Source: Callorhinchus milii (lineage: Eukaryota). Taken from it: a stretch of DNA of 64,000 nucleotides. The stretch is from assembly GCF_018977255.1 (NCBI RefSeq), contig NW_024704743.1, positions 35,652,001 through 35,716,000 on the forward strand, read 5' to 3'. Made by a program: the position numbers and the translations under genes. This document shows positions 35,800 to 48,879 of the stretch, piece by piece; position 1 is the first letter of the stretch, and the number at the start of each line of letters is the position of its first letter. The notes beneath the pieces are model-generated. The model ran no database searches. It was not told where the DNA came from and saw only the letters and a list, made by a program, of their open reading frames with translations.

Positions 35800-36728
35800 C
35801 GAGATCACTCTCTGAGGAAGGGGAGGAGAGGAGAGAGGAGGGAAGAGGGAGAATGTGTGTGTGTGTGGGTGTGGGTGTGTGTGGGTGTGGTGGGTGGGGG
35901 GGGAGAAAAGGGGGGAGGTTTTTTTTTAAAAAAAATTTGTGAAAAAAAAAGGACCGAGTACCAAACATCGTCGCGAATCTGGAAAGACTTTGACAGGGGA
36001 GGGAGGGAGGGAGGGAGGGAGAGAAGGAGGGACAGACAGAGAGGGAGGGAGGGAGGGAGAGAGAGAGGGACAGAACGCGCGACAGACAGAGAGGGAGGGA
36101 GGGAGGGAGGGAGAGAGAGAGAGAGAGAAATTGCAACTCTTTATGTGGAGTGATTGATTGCTCATGAACCCCGAAGGTTGTGTATTTGCAGAATTTGTTC
36201 CCCCCCCTCACCCCATCCCCATCCCCTCCTCCTCCTCTCCTCCCCTTTTTTAAACTTTTTTTTTGGAAGAGTGGAGAGGGGGAGGGAGGGAGGGAGGGAA
36301 GGAAAGAAGGAGGGACAGACACAGACAGAAAGAGAGGGAGGGAGAGAGAGAGAGAGGAGGGAGGGAGGGAGAGAGAGAGAGAGAGAAGGATTGGGTATCT
36401 TTCGAGTGTTGTTGCAATCCGAGAGTCTTTCTTAATGGTTGCTAAGGAGGAGAGGATTTTTTTTTTTTTTGCCTTTTTTTTTCCTTGGTCAGCATATTTC
36501 CCTCTGGAGCTGCTGGGGAGAGGGAGGGAGAGAGGGAGGAGGGGAGGGAGGGAGGGAGGGAATGAGCCCAGATCCGGATGAGCAGTTCACATTCCATTAC
36601 GAAATTCAACACGACCTCAGGCAGCAGCAGCAGCAGCTACCAACCCTTGTTCAAACTTTACAGCACTGTCCTTCCTCTCTCCTCTCCCCTCCCCTCCTCC
36701 TCCCCCTCTCTCTCTCTCTCTCTCTCTC

Positions 36729-36759
<31 letters not shown>

Positions 36760-36970
36760 CACACACGTGCACAAGCAACTTGTTGCTTTTTTCTTCTTCT
36801 TCTTGGATTATCTTTTCTCTTCGGATTATTTTGTTTTGCTGCTGATGAGGATCATCGGGCATGGCATTGGATAACCAACGAGCAGGGCAGATGGATGCTA
36901 TATGTGTACGTGTAGATAGATAGAGCCCTTTTAAGTTTTGTGTGTGTGTGTGTGTGCGGGTGTGTGTTTT
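35800..36970. repeat. Cluster of (GGGA)n/(GA)n/(CT)n/(TA)n/(GT)n simple repeats in proximal intron
   Basis: Directly visible; accounts for the REGG/SL-rich spurious ORFs. Confidence 0.9.
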
Positions 36971-38671
36971 AGTGGCTTTAAATCTGCTTTTGCCAAGATG
37001 CAACCTTGCAGCTTTAAAGCCGGTAAAGTACACATAGACACAAGAGACACTTTTGCAAATCAGGAAGCCACCGACCGGGGATCCATCATCCTCCATCACA
37101 AATGGCATTGCCACAACACATTTTCTCTCTTTAACGCACGCTTTGAATAACACACCTGAGCAATGCGGCGCCCGCCCCATGCCTTACTTTTTTATGCTGC
37201 TGTTTGTTTTTTCTTACATATAAAAGTCACAAATGTCAAGTCTCTGCTCTCTCTGCCCGTGTGCAGTGCAGTTGATGTGGGTCGTGCAGTTTCCACTCAG
37301 TTTCTCCCAAGTTGCAATGGCCACTTCCACATCTAAAAGCTGCTTTTATTTTTATATGCAGAACAGAAACGGCCTTTTGAATATTAATGGCTGGGGAAAT
37401 GTCATCAATTTGTCGAATGACTTTCTGATTTGTGGACTTCTTTTATATTTTGCTGCTTCTGGTGAGGTTAACACTATTATTCTGTGTTATGCGATAAAAG
37501 TCTTTCAAACAAGATGAGTGGCCTGTTTTGAAAAGAAGGTGGCCTATCCCACTCTATACCACAGAAGGTTTTCCTTAATCATCACAACTTTGCAGTTTAG
37601 TACTTTCTATGGTGCACAGTGGATATTTTACTGTTGCATTTTTTTAATGTTTATATGTGCTACCCCCCCACCCCCCCGAAACTGTTGATGAATCTATGTC
37701 ATTGAAAGTATGGTTATGCTTTGTGTTTTTTTTAACAATAATTCATCTGTCTGCAAAGACCAACCAAGAGAGTGGTGTATTGTTAAAGATGTACCAGACA
37801 TCTGCGTCTCAATTAATAGCACTACTCAGAAGTGCACGCAGGATATTTAAATGCAGATTTATAGATATTGTAGCATTTTGAGCCCAGTGACTTTTGTGTA
37901 GTGATGGATAAATCAGAGGCTAATCCACATGTGGTTGGTTTTGCTGTTCCCCTCAAAATCATTAATTTATCCTTTAAAAATGTCTTAACATGGGCAAACA
38001 TATCTTGTACCGTGGGTGGTGGGGGGGTGTGGTGGCAGGAAAGAAAGGTGATGAGAGTTGATGCCATCAACAAATCTGCAGAAGAATAATGTTTAGAGTG
38101 GGCTGGCTGAAATATTTGAATTTTTGGTGTAGGCAAATGTTCAAACTCATCGCTGTTGTGCATTTGCTGCTATTTTTAAGCAGCCTCAGACAGCCGTATT
38201 TGTGGTGCAGACATACATCTTCAGCCCAATTTGAGTTAATAACCCACTAATTGTCTGAAGATCACTATCCCGCATGAAGGGGGCTATATAAATGCAAGTT
38301 GTTGTTGTCTGCAGGTCAGATGATGTCTATTCTCTTGATATTTGGGGGCAAGAGATGCAGGAATGCCCAATGAATGTTTTCAAACTTCTGATCACAGATT
38401 TGTCTTTTGAAAGGTGTGAGGCCTGTTTGTTAGTGGTATTGATGCAGACGGTTTGTGCTGGGGAGGGAGGGTCATACTTGCTCCTGGGGGTAGACACAAA
38501 GCACAGAGATTGCTGAGCACCGGAATAGAAAACAGCTTTCAACTAAATGGGATATCGGTGTTAGCAATCATACAGTTGTGAGGAAGGAATTAGAAGTTTG
38601 TTTTAGGTTTTGTGGCAAAAACTAAAAGTAATGGTAGATACAGCGACTCAATTGACCAGTTAAGTAGCAAT

Positions 38672-38910
38672 GCAACAACAAATTTGGGAGGATGTCCCAA
38701 GGGATCAGAGAGGGGTGGAGAACGGTGTGGGGGGGGGGAGTGGGGGGAAGAGAACTGAAGGGATGGTTGGAAAGGAAGGTCGTGAGAGGGCCTTGAAGGA
38801 GGAAGGGAGCAGCGGGTCCCGGGATGGAGTTCGAGAGGGTGGGGGCAGAAAGTCTGAAGGCCTGATTGCCGATAGTGGAGGAGGCAGGGTGGGGGGTGTA
38901 GAGCAGGCAT
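38672..38910 (-). mobile_element. L2 3' end (alpha-like, degenerate)
   Basis: gggaggatgtcccaagg; ggccttgaaggaggaaggga; TIGNQAFRLSAPTLSNSIP. Confidence 0.8.
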
Positions 38911-39594
38911 AGCAAGGAAGTTACAACCAGCAAGAGAGAAAGCAACATGCAGTGCTGATGAATTTGTTAAAGTAAAGTTGGCGATATTTTGCCTCGTCAG
39001 CCTTGCTGTATTTTGCTGCCGATCAGTGCAATGTTATGGTACTTCCATTGTGCTAGGGGCTGTCTAGCCTCATGTGTGAGCGTGGAGTGAGTATAACAAG
39101 GCTATTCAACTACGATGGGAGTATCACAGCAGATCCCATTCTTAATCACACATAAGCAATTTCCAACAGGAGTTTTACTGGATTGAATAGTGATCCGAGG
39201 CCAGAAAATCTGCCTAGTCTTAGCCTGTAACATCATTTTATCCTAAAAGTTAAGATCATGCTGAATTGTTGACAGTTATCACATTAGGCCTAAAATAGGA
39301 AGCCATTTCTTTTATAGGAACTGCAGAACAGCAGTTTCTAATTTAAGATTGAATTTAAGAACTTTCTACATATTTTGTGAGATCTTAAAATTTAAGACAC
39401 AGTGGTCTTATGAGCTAAGACCAGGTAAAATTTCAGGCCAGACTGGAGTGGGAACCTAACTTTCTATTTTTTCCCCCACCCCATGATCATACACAGAAGC
39501 TAATTTTAGCATCCCTACTGCCACCCAGCTTAGAAACTAATTGAGATAGAAACGAGAATCTTCATAAACTGTATGGTTCAGGCTCATGCAGTGG

Positions 39595-40120
39595 GAGGGT
39601 AGATGACTGAAAGCCTGGTCAGAGATCTTAAAGTGAACTTTTAAAGCAGGGAGAGAAGGTGAGAGGTGGAGGGACTCTGGGATGGAGTTTCAGAGAGCAG
39701 GACAGAATAACTGAAAGCTTGCCCTTTGATGGTGGGATGGATCGGTTGGGAAACATGTGGCAGGCCAGAGCTCGCTGAGCAGAGGGAGTTGTCATGTCGG
39801 TGGGGTTGCAGGAGGTCCCAGGTAGTACCATGGAGGGAGTTGAATGCGAGGATGAGGATCTTAATTTGATCCACTAAAGGAGCCAGTATATCTGGGGGTG
39901 AATCCAAGAAAGCCGGTGTGGGAGAGAACATAGGCTGCTGAGAATATAGAGGTTTTGTAGAAAGGAGATGGGGTGTCAGGTGAATAGGACAATATGTAAA
40001 AATCAAGCCTGGATGTGATGAAGCATCAATGAGGGTCTCACCAGCTTGGGGAAGAGGTAATGGCAGAGATAGGCAGTGTTGAGATGAGGAAAAGCTGACC
40101 GAGTGAGAGCCTGGATGTTG
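39595..40120 (-). mobile_element. Old L2 fragment
   Basis: QIKILILAFNSLHG, PTIKGQAFSYS translations. Confidence 0.7.
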
Positions 40121-40534
40121 ACCTCTTCAGAATCTGATGTACCTAATGTATTCTGAAAATAAATCAACCTCAATTATAAAATGCACCTCCTCCCCAATTT
40201 AAAACAATGATAATCCTTGCATATGGTATAGCACCTTTCACATTGGGAGGACCCGAAAGCGCTTCACGGGATACGCTAAAGTGTGGTGATTGTATTTTTG
40301 TAGGCCTATTTTCATAGATATATTTTAAAAGAAAAAAGAGTAATGTAGTAACTATAGAGCAGTGAAAAACGTGTTTTACATCTCTGTCTGCCTGTCTGTC
40401 TGTGTGAGCATGTGTGTGTGTCTGTTTATTTCTCTCTGTGGGTTTGTCTCTGTATATATGAGTGTCTCTAACCCTCTTTATCTCTCTAACAAATATAAAT
40501 TGAGTTCCCCCCCCCCCCCCGCCCTAAAATTCCC

Positions 40535-40816
40535 CACAAATTAAGTCTTGTATTTGAAGATCGGACAAATCCTTAGAACTCTGCAGAGAAAGGGAGAGGC
40601 AGACAGACACAAGAGTTCTGGAGAGACAGACATTCACAAACATACCGACAAACAAACAGACATCCACAGAGAGACAGACAAGGAGAGAGGGAAAGATGCA
40701 CACAGACGGACAGAGAGAGGGAGAGACGGACACAAAGAGAGGAGTGTATGTCTGTCTCTCTCTCTCTGCAGAGTTCTACAGGATTTGGTCAGCCTTCCAA
40801 TTGAAGGCTTAATGTG
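40535..40816. mobile_element. MITE-like element with ~75-bp imperfect TIRs and an AGAC-rich interior
   Basis: 40535-40610 is the reverse complement of 40744-40816 (core caaatcct.tagaactctgcagaga). Confidence 0.7.
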
Positions 40817-40821
40817 TCCTC

Positions 40822-41304
40822 TCCCGCACCAGGCTCCATGACCCTATAACCCCCATCCTCTGCCGAAACACTGGCATCCCATCACACAGAGGATACAGTT
40901 CAAGATCGTGGTTCTCACCTTTAAAGCCCTCCATGGTCTTGCTCCCCCCTACCTCTGTGACCTCCTAACCCTCTATCAATCTGTCTGCTCCCTCCACTCA
41001 GCGGGCTCCAGGCTGCTTCACGTCCCCCGCCTCGCCCGCCCCACTATTGGCGGCCAGGCCTTCTGCCACTCTGCCCCCCCCACTCCTCTGGAACTCCATC
41101 CTGCAGTCCCCCTGCCTCGTCCCCTCGCTTGCTTCCTCCAAGACCCTTCTCAAGACCCTCCTCTTTGACAGTGCCTTCGGTCACCCTCCTTCCCCCCTGC
41201 TCTCCACCCTCCCCGATCCCAACCCCCAGCTCGGGTCCGAAACACTGATTGTCCAACGCCTTGGGACGTCCTCCCGACATACAAATGTAATTTTGCTGCT
41301 GTTG
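40822..41304 (+). mobile_element. L2 3' end (alpha-like)
   Basis: VLTFKALHGLAPPYLCDLL...RPTIGGQAFCHSAP; tail ccttgggacgtcctcccgac. Confidence 0.9.
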
Positions 41305-43618
41305 ATTTGCGTGAAAATTTATGGGGGAGCTCAATTTATATTTGATACACTACAGCTGGAAGCATGGATAAGTAAACATAACTAGAATAACCAGCCATTT
41401 ATTTTTATTTTCTAATTGACATTATTTCTTATCAGAAGACACAGATTCTTATCTTGATACAGTAGTTACACAACGGCCACTGTCATTTGCTGTTTATTTA
41501 AGCGTGACACTGATAACCAACACATTTAAACATACAGAGCCGTGTTTATATTTAAGAACAACATACATCAAAATAAGTTATCCTTTTAACCAAAATGACT
41601 AACTTTCACTCCTAATGAGTGTCTTTCTGAGTCCACATGTCTGTGGTTGTTACTAAGTTACAGAATGTTTGTGCTTTGCAAGGCAGTGAGCATTCTAGTT
41701 ACATATACAATTCCACATCGAAGATATGTAGACCTTGCAAATGAGACTTAATACACCTGATCTAATAATTGCATTCAAAAGCCACTAGCTGGCTAGTTAA
41801 AAATGTTTCCTACATTCATTTTGTCATCCTGATGAAGAGAGAATCTGGTTATCTGTTGTTGCCTTTTCTAATGTTCACTCCCATGTGCAGCGTCTCCTCA
41901 TTCTTGTACAAAGGTGTTAGCGGGTCTATTGCAGTAGGAATACTGAACAGTGACCAGTTAAAAAGTTAAAACGTTTCACTAGGAGTTTGTACGCACCTAA
42001 GGCACTTCAAATTAGTCAGCTTGCATTCCACCGTGCCCTGTGAAATCCCACTTGAGTGCAAACAATTGATTGGCTGCTGTGTTTCATTCACGGTCAATTC
42101 ACTTTGCAATAAATATATCCTGTGAAATGCTTTTGAGACGTCTCAACAACTTGATGAGACACTTTATCAAATGCAATGATTATAATTATTATTAATCGTT
42201 CCTCTTCATTGCAATGTAGAACGTCTTTGTTACCATCAATTCTATAAGACATTTCCTGGTCAAGATCAAAGTTTTAACCGGTGACTGAAGATAAATTCTG
42301 TGGCCATTTGCTCCATTGCAGTAACTGATATATTGGAATACTGTGGGGACAGGAATAGTCTTCTGACCAGTTAATCTTTGGCTGGGTGAAAGTACTGTAT
42401 TGACTGTTAATTTTGTAACATTCAGGAAGGAAAATTTAACTTTGTAACCTCACAGTTATAGTTATTGGGAACTGCTAGTTTAGTAAGTAAATAGTTGGTA
42501 TTGAGAATTTCAGTATTCTGTGCTTTACAGTACCTAAAAGTGAAGTAAACTTGCAAGAGAAAAGCTGCACTTCCTTTGTGTATGTCTCTCACTAATGTGC
42601 CTCCCTCCCAAGGTGCCTCACCCCTCCCTTACAATTTATTTACCCGTAAGCATCTACCATTTTATTCTTAATTTATGGCAGTGTATTGCTCAGGAGCGTT
42701 TGGGGAGAGAAGACTAGGGTGGCATTTACCTTATTCAGTGTTTGTACAGTAGACAATGTGCAGTGCACTTTCCTCACCGCTCCACATACATACATTATAC
42801 TGTATACTGTATATTATTTCCTTTATCGTCTCTTAACTTTTTGACTCTAGTTTAGATTTATGTTCCAGAAACTCAAACTCTCTGGAAGCCTAGCCAATGT
42901 GTTGTTGCACATGAGTATTGAATTTCTCCCAAGTACTATCACACTCCTGATACACTTGGGCTTTCCTAAGAAAGGTGGAGAAGGGGATGAATTTGTTCCT
43001 CCTCTCTCTTCTTGATATATTAAGCAAGGAGCAGTATTGAAAGACTAGAGGATCACTACAGGCAGCACGATCTTACCCTGATCTGTTGGACCAGAAAATA
43101 TATAAATGTGAAAGTCATTTGATCTAGCAGAGGAAGTGGAGTTGAGCAAAGTTTACACTTATACTGTTGACTTTGACACAGCAATTTCAGTGGGTCAAAT
43201 CTACCCTCAAGATTGATGGGTCTCAAGTTTAAGATGTCCCAAATTGGAAATGCAAATGGAGTCCAGTTAGCTTATTCCTAATTTATCTCTTGTTTCAATG
43301 CAAATCAGCTCAGCCCTTTTGTATTCCTGGTCAATATTAAAACATTGACAAATACTGTGGAACTGAGTTTGATTGATGGGCACCTCTAACCTTGCCGACC
43401 AAGCATTTAATAGTTACTAAGCTGACATTTTTTCACATTACAATATTCCTATTATTATTTGTGTCTTATGTGCTATTGACTCTTAGCTAACATGTATTCC
43501 TGACAGTAACTATTCCTGGTGGATTGGACAGCCCAGTGAAATTGGCACTTGTGGAATTGGTTAGGTGGTGTCTGACGCATACCCTGTGACACCGATGGTG
43601 TCGGATAGAGCAACAATC

Positions 43619-45099
43619 GGTGTTCAATTAATCCAAACTTGACCATCGGGTATAGGATTTAGTATAAGTTCAATTCCAATTCTAGCTCAGTGTAAAAAAC
43701 TTCACAACTTTGAAACTGAGAACCACAGGAGAAGAAACCTGTTGAAAACCCTGTCTGATGAGCATCTGAAACGTCATCATGTTTAATCGCTCTCAAGCCA
43801 TATGGTCAGATATATTCAGAGGATGAGCAGACTGTGTAGCCACTGTTTGCAACCATCCATGGTTGAATACCTTGCTAAGCCAGTCCAGAACCTTGGGGTC
43901 TTATTTGACCCTCAACTATCCTTTCTACCCCACTCTGTGCCATGACCGCTCCACCTTCCCCCACCTCCGCAACATCGTCTGGCTCTGCCACTGTCTCACA
44001 CCGCAGGCTGCCAAAACCCTCATACACGCTGTCATTACATTGAGGCTCGACTATGCAAACTCACTGCTTGTCGGCCGCCCCAACTCCTCCCTCCATAGGC
44101 TGCAGATCATCCAGAACTCTGCAGCCCATGTCCTCACCCGCACCAGGCTCCGTGACCCTATCACCCCCATCCTTGCCCAACTCCACTGGCTTCCCATCAC
44201 ACAGAGGATACAAGATCCTGGTCCTCACCTTCAGAGCCCTCCATGGTCTTGCTCCCCCCTAACTCTGCGACTTCCTAACCCCCTACCATCCTGTTCCCTC
44301 CCTCCGCTCAGTGGACTTCAGCCTGCTTCACGTCCCCTGCCTTGCTCGCCCCACTATTGGCGGACGAGCCTTCTGCCCCTCTGCCCCACCCTCTGGAACT
44401 CCATCCCACAGTCCCTCCGCCTCACCCCCTCCTTTGCCACTTTCATGACCGATCAGACGGGATCTTTGTGAGCCACGGAGGGACCAGGGCAATTGTATTT
44501 TTTAGATCTGTAATTTTTTAGAGGAGTAAATGGATTGAACAATTCCTCTGTTTCTTAAACCCTCTGAAAATACTTGTTTGTCTGGTTTGAATTCCTGGTT
44601 TTCAGGAAGTTAACTCTTCAATGTGCCCAGCATTCAGTGCAGAATGTCAATGTGATTACACACAGAGAGAATGCAGACAAAGAAACCCAAGCTGATAGAT
44701 GGGTGGGGATGGTTTACTTAGTGTGATTCAGGAAAGCTCAACCAGGAGCATTTAAGAACAGAGCACTGGTCTGAGGTACATGACCAAACATGGACTCACC
44801 TATAATTCCACAGACAGAAGCAGCACTGAAGGGGGCGGGAATCTTTTTTTTAGCTATCTTTTGGAAAAGAGCTGTACAGAAGTACATTCAGAATGTACAC
44901 ATGCAAATATTTATAAAGTGTAACTTTAGTTACAGTTATTAGATCAATAGCCAACAAAAGGACCGCATTTTTAAAATAATTGGTTTCTGTATTCATCCTG
45001 GTATTTCAGTGTTGTAGTCAATGCAGAATTGGGATTGAACTTGTGCTAAGTCCAATGCTCAATGGCTAGGCTACATCAAGTTTGGATTTATTGAACACC
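43619..45099. mobile_element. Putative old non-autonomous DNA transposon bounded by ~70-bp imperfect TIRs, containing a nested L2
   Basis: 43619-43686 is the approximate reverse complement of 45023-45099; outer 24 bp match 23/24. Confidence 0.55.
43850..44450 (+). mobile_element. L2 ORF2 C-terminal fragment, lacking its 3' tail
   Basis: HLRNI...AAKTLIHAVITLRLDYANSLLVG...LQIIQNSAAHVLTRTRLRDPITPILAQLHWLP. Confidence 0.92.
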
Positions 45100-47156
45100 A
45101 AACAATGTGATCACTTTCCCACTCCAGCACTGAAGGTAAAGGACCAACTACTGTTTAGGAAATAGAAGCCCCCACGTGTGGCATTGCAAACTTCAGGAAT
45201 CGGTTGTTTGACATCGACAGATCTCCGTGTAGAATCCCGGGCTGAAACCATTCTATTAACCTATCACATGGGTCTGCGTTAAAGTGATTTTATTTTCGTT
45301 TTTTAACTTCTTTTAAAAAAAGTTGAACAAAGTAAAACAACCCGATGTTCAGTCATTCACAGTTTCTGTGAACTACAGTAGAAACCAGTACTAAATCTCT
45401 TTTTTGTAATGTGGGTTAACTTATCGCACCAAATGGGGTGTGGACCCCGACGTTTGTTTCACAAAAAATCTAAAAGCGGGTGGAAAACCCACGTCAGTTT
45501 GAAGCGTGAAGCATGCTGGTGGGGAAAACAAAATTATACAACAAAAATTAAATGGATTATGTTTATATTGATATCTTTCAAATAAACACTCCTTAGTACT
45601 GGCTGGAAGAAGTTCTTTTTATTTTTATTTGTTACCTCTAGGAAATATCTGCCTTGGCCTAAGACCATTGCTCAATGGTTATCAGAGATTGATCATTTGA
45701 TCATCTTTTTGAGTCCTGTTTAGACACGGAAAGCATGGCAGGTACTGGAAGGTGCCTATTCCATTCTCATCGTGCCTGTATCCCAGAATCAGCAACTTCA
45801 GGACTGGGGAAATAGAAAAATTGGAAGGGCAATTATTTCAGAACAAAATGACAGTAAAAGATAACGTTCAAATAGAACACATATTGTAAATGATGATGGG
45901 GCAGTAATTGGCTGGTGGTTTTGTGTTGTCTAACCTGCTAGTTTCTGGTGTTTGTGTGATATTTATTGCAGCGCAGTGGATGTTCTCAAGTTGCCTGTTC
46001 GAGTAACAGTATTCTATTGTGGTATAATCAGCCCTCGAAGGCCTATTTTGCAACAGTCTGTACGAGGAGGTTTCAATATTTTGAAGTGACGGCCATTAAG
46101 ATATCAAATGAAAATGTCGACTTGGGTACCATGGTGTAATTGATAGTGTGCTACTGTGGCCCTCTACAATAACCCAGGGGAAAATATGGAGCACAGATAT
46201 CCTACTCAGTTGAACACAATCAAACTGTACTGGACTGAGTTCTTTGTCAATAGGCAGAGAAACAGTTGACATCAGAACCATGCTGATTAATATGATAATT
46301 TTTGGTTAATGATGAATAGGGTCTGTTTAGGCTTCCGTCTCTGACTAGGTGGCTACAAGACCCCACGAAGATTGATGAAGTAGGTCCCCTTGGCCCTTTG
46401 ATCTCACCTTTCCAGAATAACAGCTCTACCGCCTCCCATTACAGCACCAATGGGCTGAAATTCACATCAGCGTTGCGTGTAGCAGCTTTGATGGAGTGCG
46501 GGCCGTGTGTGTGTGTGTGTGTATATATATATTTATATATATTTATATACATAAATGTATGTGTATAGCCTGCAGTGTGTGTAGGGCCTGTAAGGTGTGT
46601 GTGTGTGTGTGGCCTGGAGTGCGGGCTGGGTGTGTGTTGGATTGGAAATCTTTGAACTTCAAAGATTCTTAAACGCTAGTTTAATTTTTAAAAAATAAAA
46701 TAGATATTAAAATGCTCTGAACCTGTTACTTGGAGATGACGTTCTGTGCTCGAACAACAGAGTAAACTCATTTGCACCATGTGCACCAAACAGTTTGATT
46801 CAGAACAGCTGCAAGGTTAGACTGGGCCTCGGTTTCCAACAGCACTGCCGATAAGCTGCTTGTTCATTGATGGATATGATTTACACACTGTACACGTTCT
46901 TTAGTTGAACTCCTGGACCTCTGATCGCCCTGGCAGCTCCCACTATATGTGCACCACTTCTTCGTGGTGACCTGCCCAAGAAACTGCCTTTCTTTCTTAT
47001 GGGAGACTTTGTGTTGCTTAAGTTAAAGGGCTGCATGGAATACTTCTCAACGTGCAGTATTTAATTTTTTTTGGCAAGTTATGGCACAGAAACAAGCCAT
47101 TTGGCCCATCTAGTTTGTGAAGGATTTAATCTGCACATGAATCACTTTATTTAATG

Positions 47157-47275
47157 TGGAGTCCTGTAGCTTAGTGGTTAGAGCATTCACCTTGCAACCA
47201 AGAGGACCTGGATTTGATTCCTGGGCTGGATGAGACGTAGGGCAACTTTTCTTACTCCACACGCCTTGGTCACCT
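47157..47275 (+). mobile_element. tRNA-derived SINE head (5' fragment)
   Basis: ggagtcctgtagcttagtggttagagca...gaggacctggatttgattcc...tactccacacgcct. Confidence 0.85.
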
Positions 47276-47499
47276 AACACTTTGAAATCGAGCATTGCAC
47301 TATTTGTTTACTGAGATGTGAAACACGCCGAAAGATGAACTGAGTTTGAGTGTCCCACAAACAGTCGTGGATTAAATGACTTTTTTTGTAAAAAAAATTA
47401 ACCTCGTAATGTTGATGTAAAGTCAACGAGTTGCTGAGTTTGCTTAGAGGAGGCCATTTTAGATGATATTGTGGAGCGGACCTGGGAGCTGTGACTAAA

Positions 47500-47810
47500 T
47501 GTACCAATTGGTATGGTACTGAGTGTAGCAGATCAGGGAGGCTCCAAGATTGATTGCTGTTTTGTGCTCATGCCACTTCTGGACTCTGTGGTTTTTTTTG
47601 TGGGGGTGGGGGGGAGGGTGTTTGTTGAGCAGAAGCTATGAGTGAGGATGTTGGTTGAGGATGGGATTGAGCCTGGAAGGTGCCCTCCCTATCAGTTGAA
47701 TAGCATTCCTCTCCTCACTGTCTGGAGTTGCAAAGTGAAATATGACCACTAGGCTAAAGTACCTAAGGGCAGCCAGCAAATGGCAAGAGTCACAAGAAAC
47801 CTTGGAAGCA
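47500..47810 (+). mobile_element. Ancient SINE-like repeat (family F), degenerate
   Basis: gagga.gggattgagc...ctcactgtct...tgaccact.gg..a.gtacc; similar to 63800-63980. Confidence 0.5.
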
Positions 47811-48629
47811 ATGATTTTAATAAATCATTGTGGAGCGAAGAGCCTTTGAGCCATAAAGAGGTGTTTATGGTGATTCCATACTGCTGCAGTTCCTGAAATG
47901 CAGAATGTATTTCTTTAACAATCGACTCAATCCATCTAAACTACAAAGAGTTTAGTTTTTTTTAAAAATTGCCATATGAGAAAGTATTGAAGCCCATTTT
48001 ATTTTAACTGCATGCCATGTTCACATTGGTGAGAAATGTAGAAACCATGTTGAGACACGTGGCTGAGGTAACAGTGATTGCCTACAAATAAAATTATATA
48101 TTGTGTGTGTGGGCATATATATCTACCCTTTTCATAGAAAATGTAGATATGAAATAAGAGCTGTAAAGTAACTCAGCAGGGAATATTTGTGTGCGTGATG
48201 TTTGAGGGGTAATTATAGTTAAGCCAACAGCAGCAGGCAGTGTATTTAAGTGTTACGAATAAGCTGAGTTGTATAGAATCAAAGTTCTGCAGGAGACACT
48301 AGTCACAGCATCAGTATTATTGTAAGTTCGTTGACCCAGCTTCAAGAAACGTTCATGGGTTTGCTTGGTGAAGCTCACCTGTGGTGTCATCAAGGTAAAA
48401 GTCCACCTGTGTACAGGTGGAATTCACTCTTATTCATGAAGCATTTCAGAGTGTGAAGAACTTGACAAATGATTGAATTCAGTTTTAACTTTGAAGCATG
48501 TTTTCTGTAGTTTCTTAGAAGAGACTTCAAAATCATAAAACTGACTGTATTTAAGAATTTTACGACTTCTGGTTGCTCTGACATGTTACTTGAATAAAGT
48601 TAGACAGACCCAGGTGGAATTGCTACTCA

Positions 48630-48850
48630 CTCATGTCTTCACACAAAGGGTGTGGGAATGTGCAATACTATACTCAGATACAAAATCAATCACTTTTTTT
48701 TATCAAGGGAGATAAATATTTACCGTAGTTACTTACAAAGTAACTGATATGGCCAAATGGGATGGGAAATTTAAAGAGCTCCTATGAGCTACTAAAATGT
48801 CAGAGCAGGCTGTATGGACCAAATGGTCTCCTGTTCCTGTTACTAGTTAC
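48630..48850 (+). mobile_element. Degenerate CR1 3' fragment
   Basis: ttcacacaaagggtgtgggaatgtgcaat...ggaccaaatggtctcctgttcctg; similar to 12160-12375. Confidence 0.55.
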
Positions 48851-48879
48851 TATCTTGAATGTATATGACTCAGCTTTGA

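Noticed and set aside
36562..36670. Alternative first exon MSPDPDEQFTFHYEIQHDLRQQQQQ
   Set aside because: No splice donor before it runs into (CT)n/(TA)n, and no recognisable family similarity.
31953..37180. Long ORFs (260 aa, 245 aa, 203 aa etc.) around the promoter
   Set aside because: Translations are of microsatellites and the G-rich minisatellite (poly-P/H/G/C, REGG, SL), with no domain signature.
43755..43775. Minimal hammerhead ribozyme (CTGATGA-GCATCT-GAAACGTC)
   Set aside because: Core nucleotides are present, but stem II is only a G-U pair and stem I does not pair beyond 1-2 bp. Likely chance or a dead relic; an Infernal search or cleavage assay would decide.
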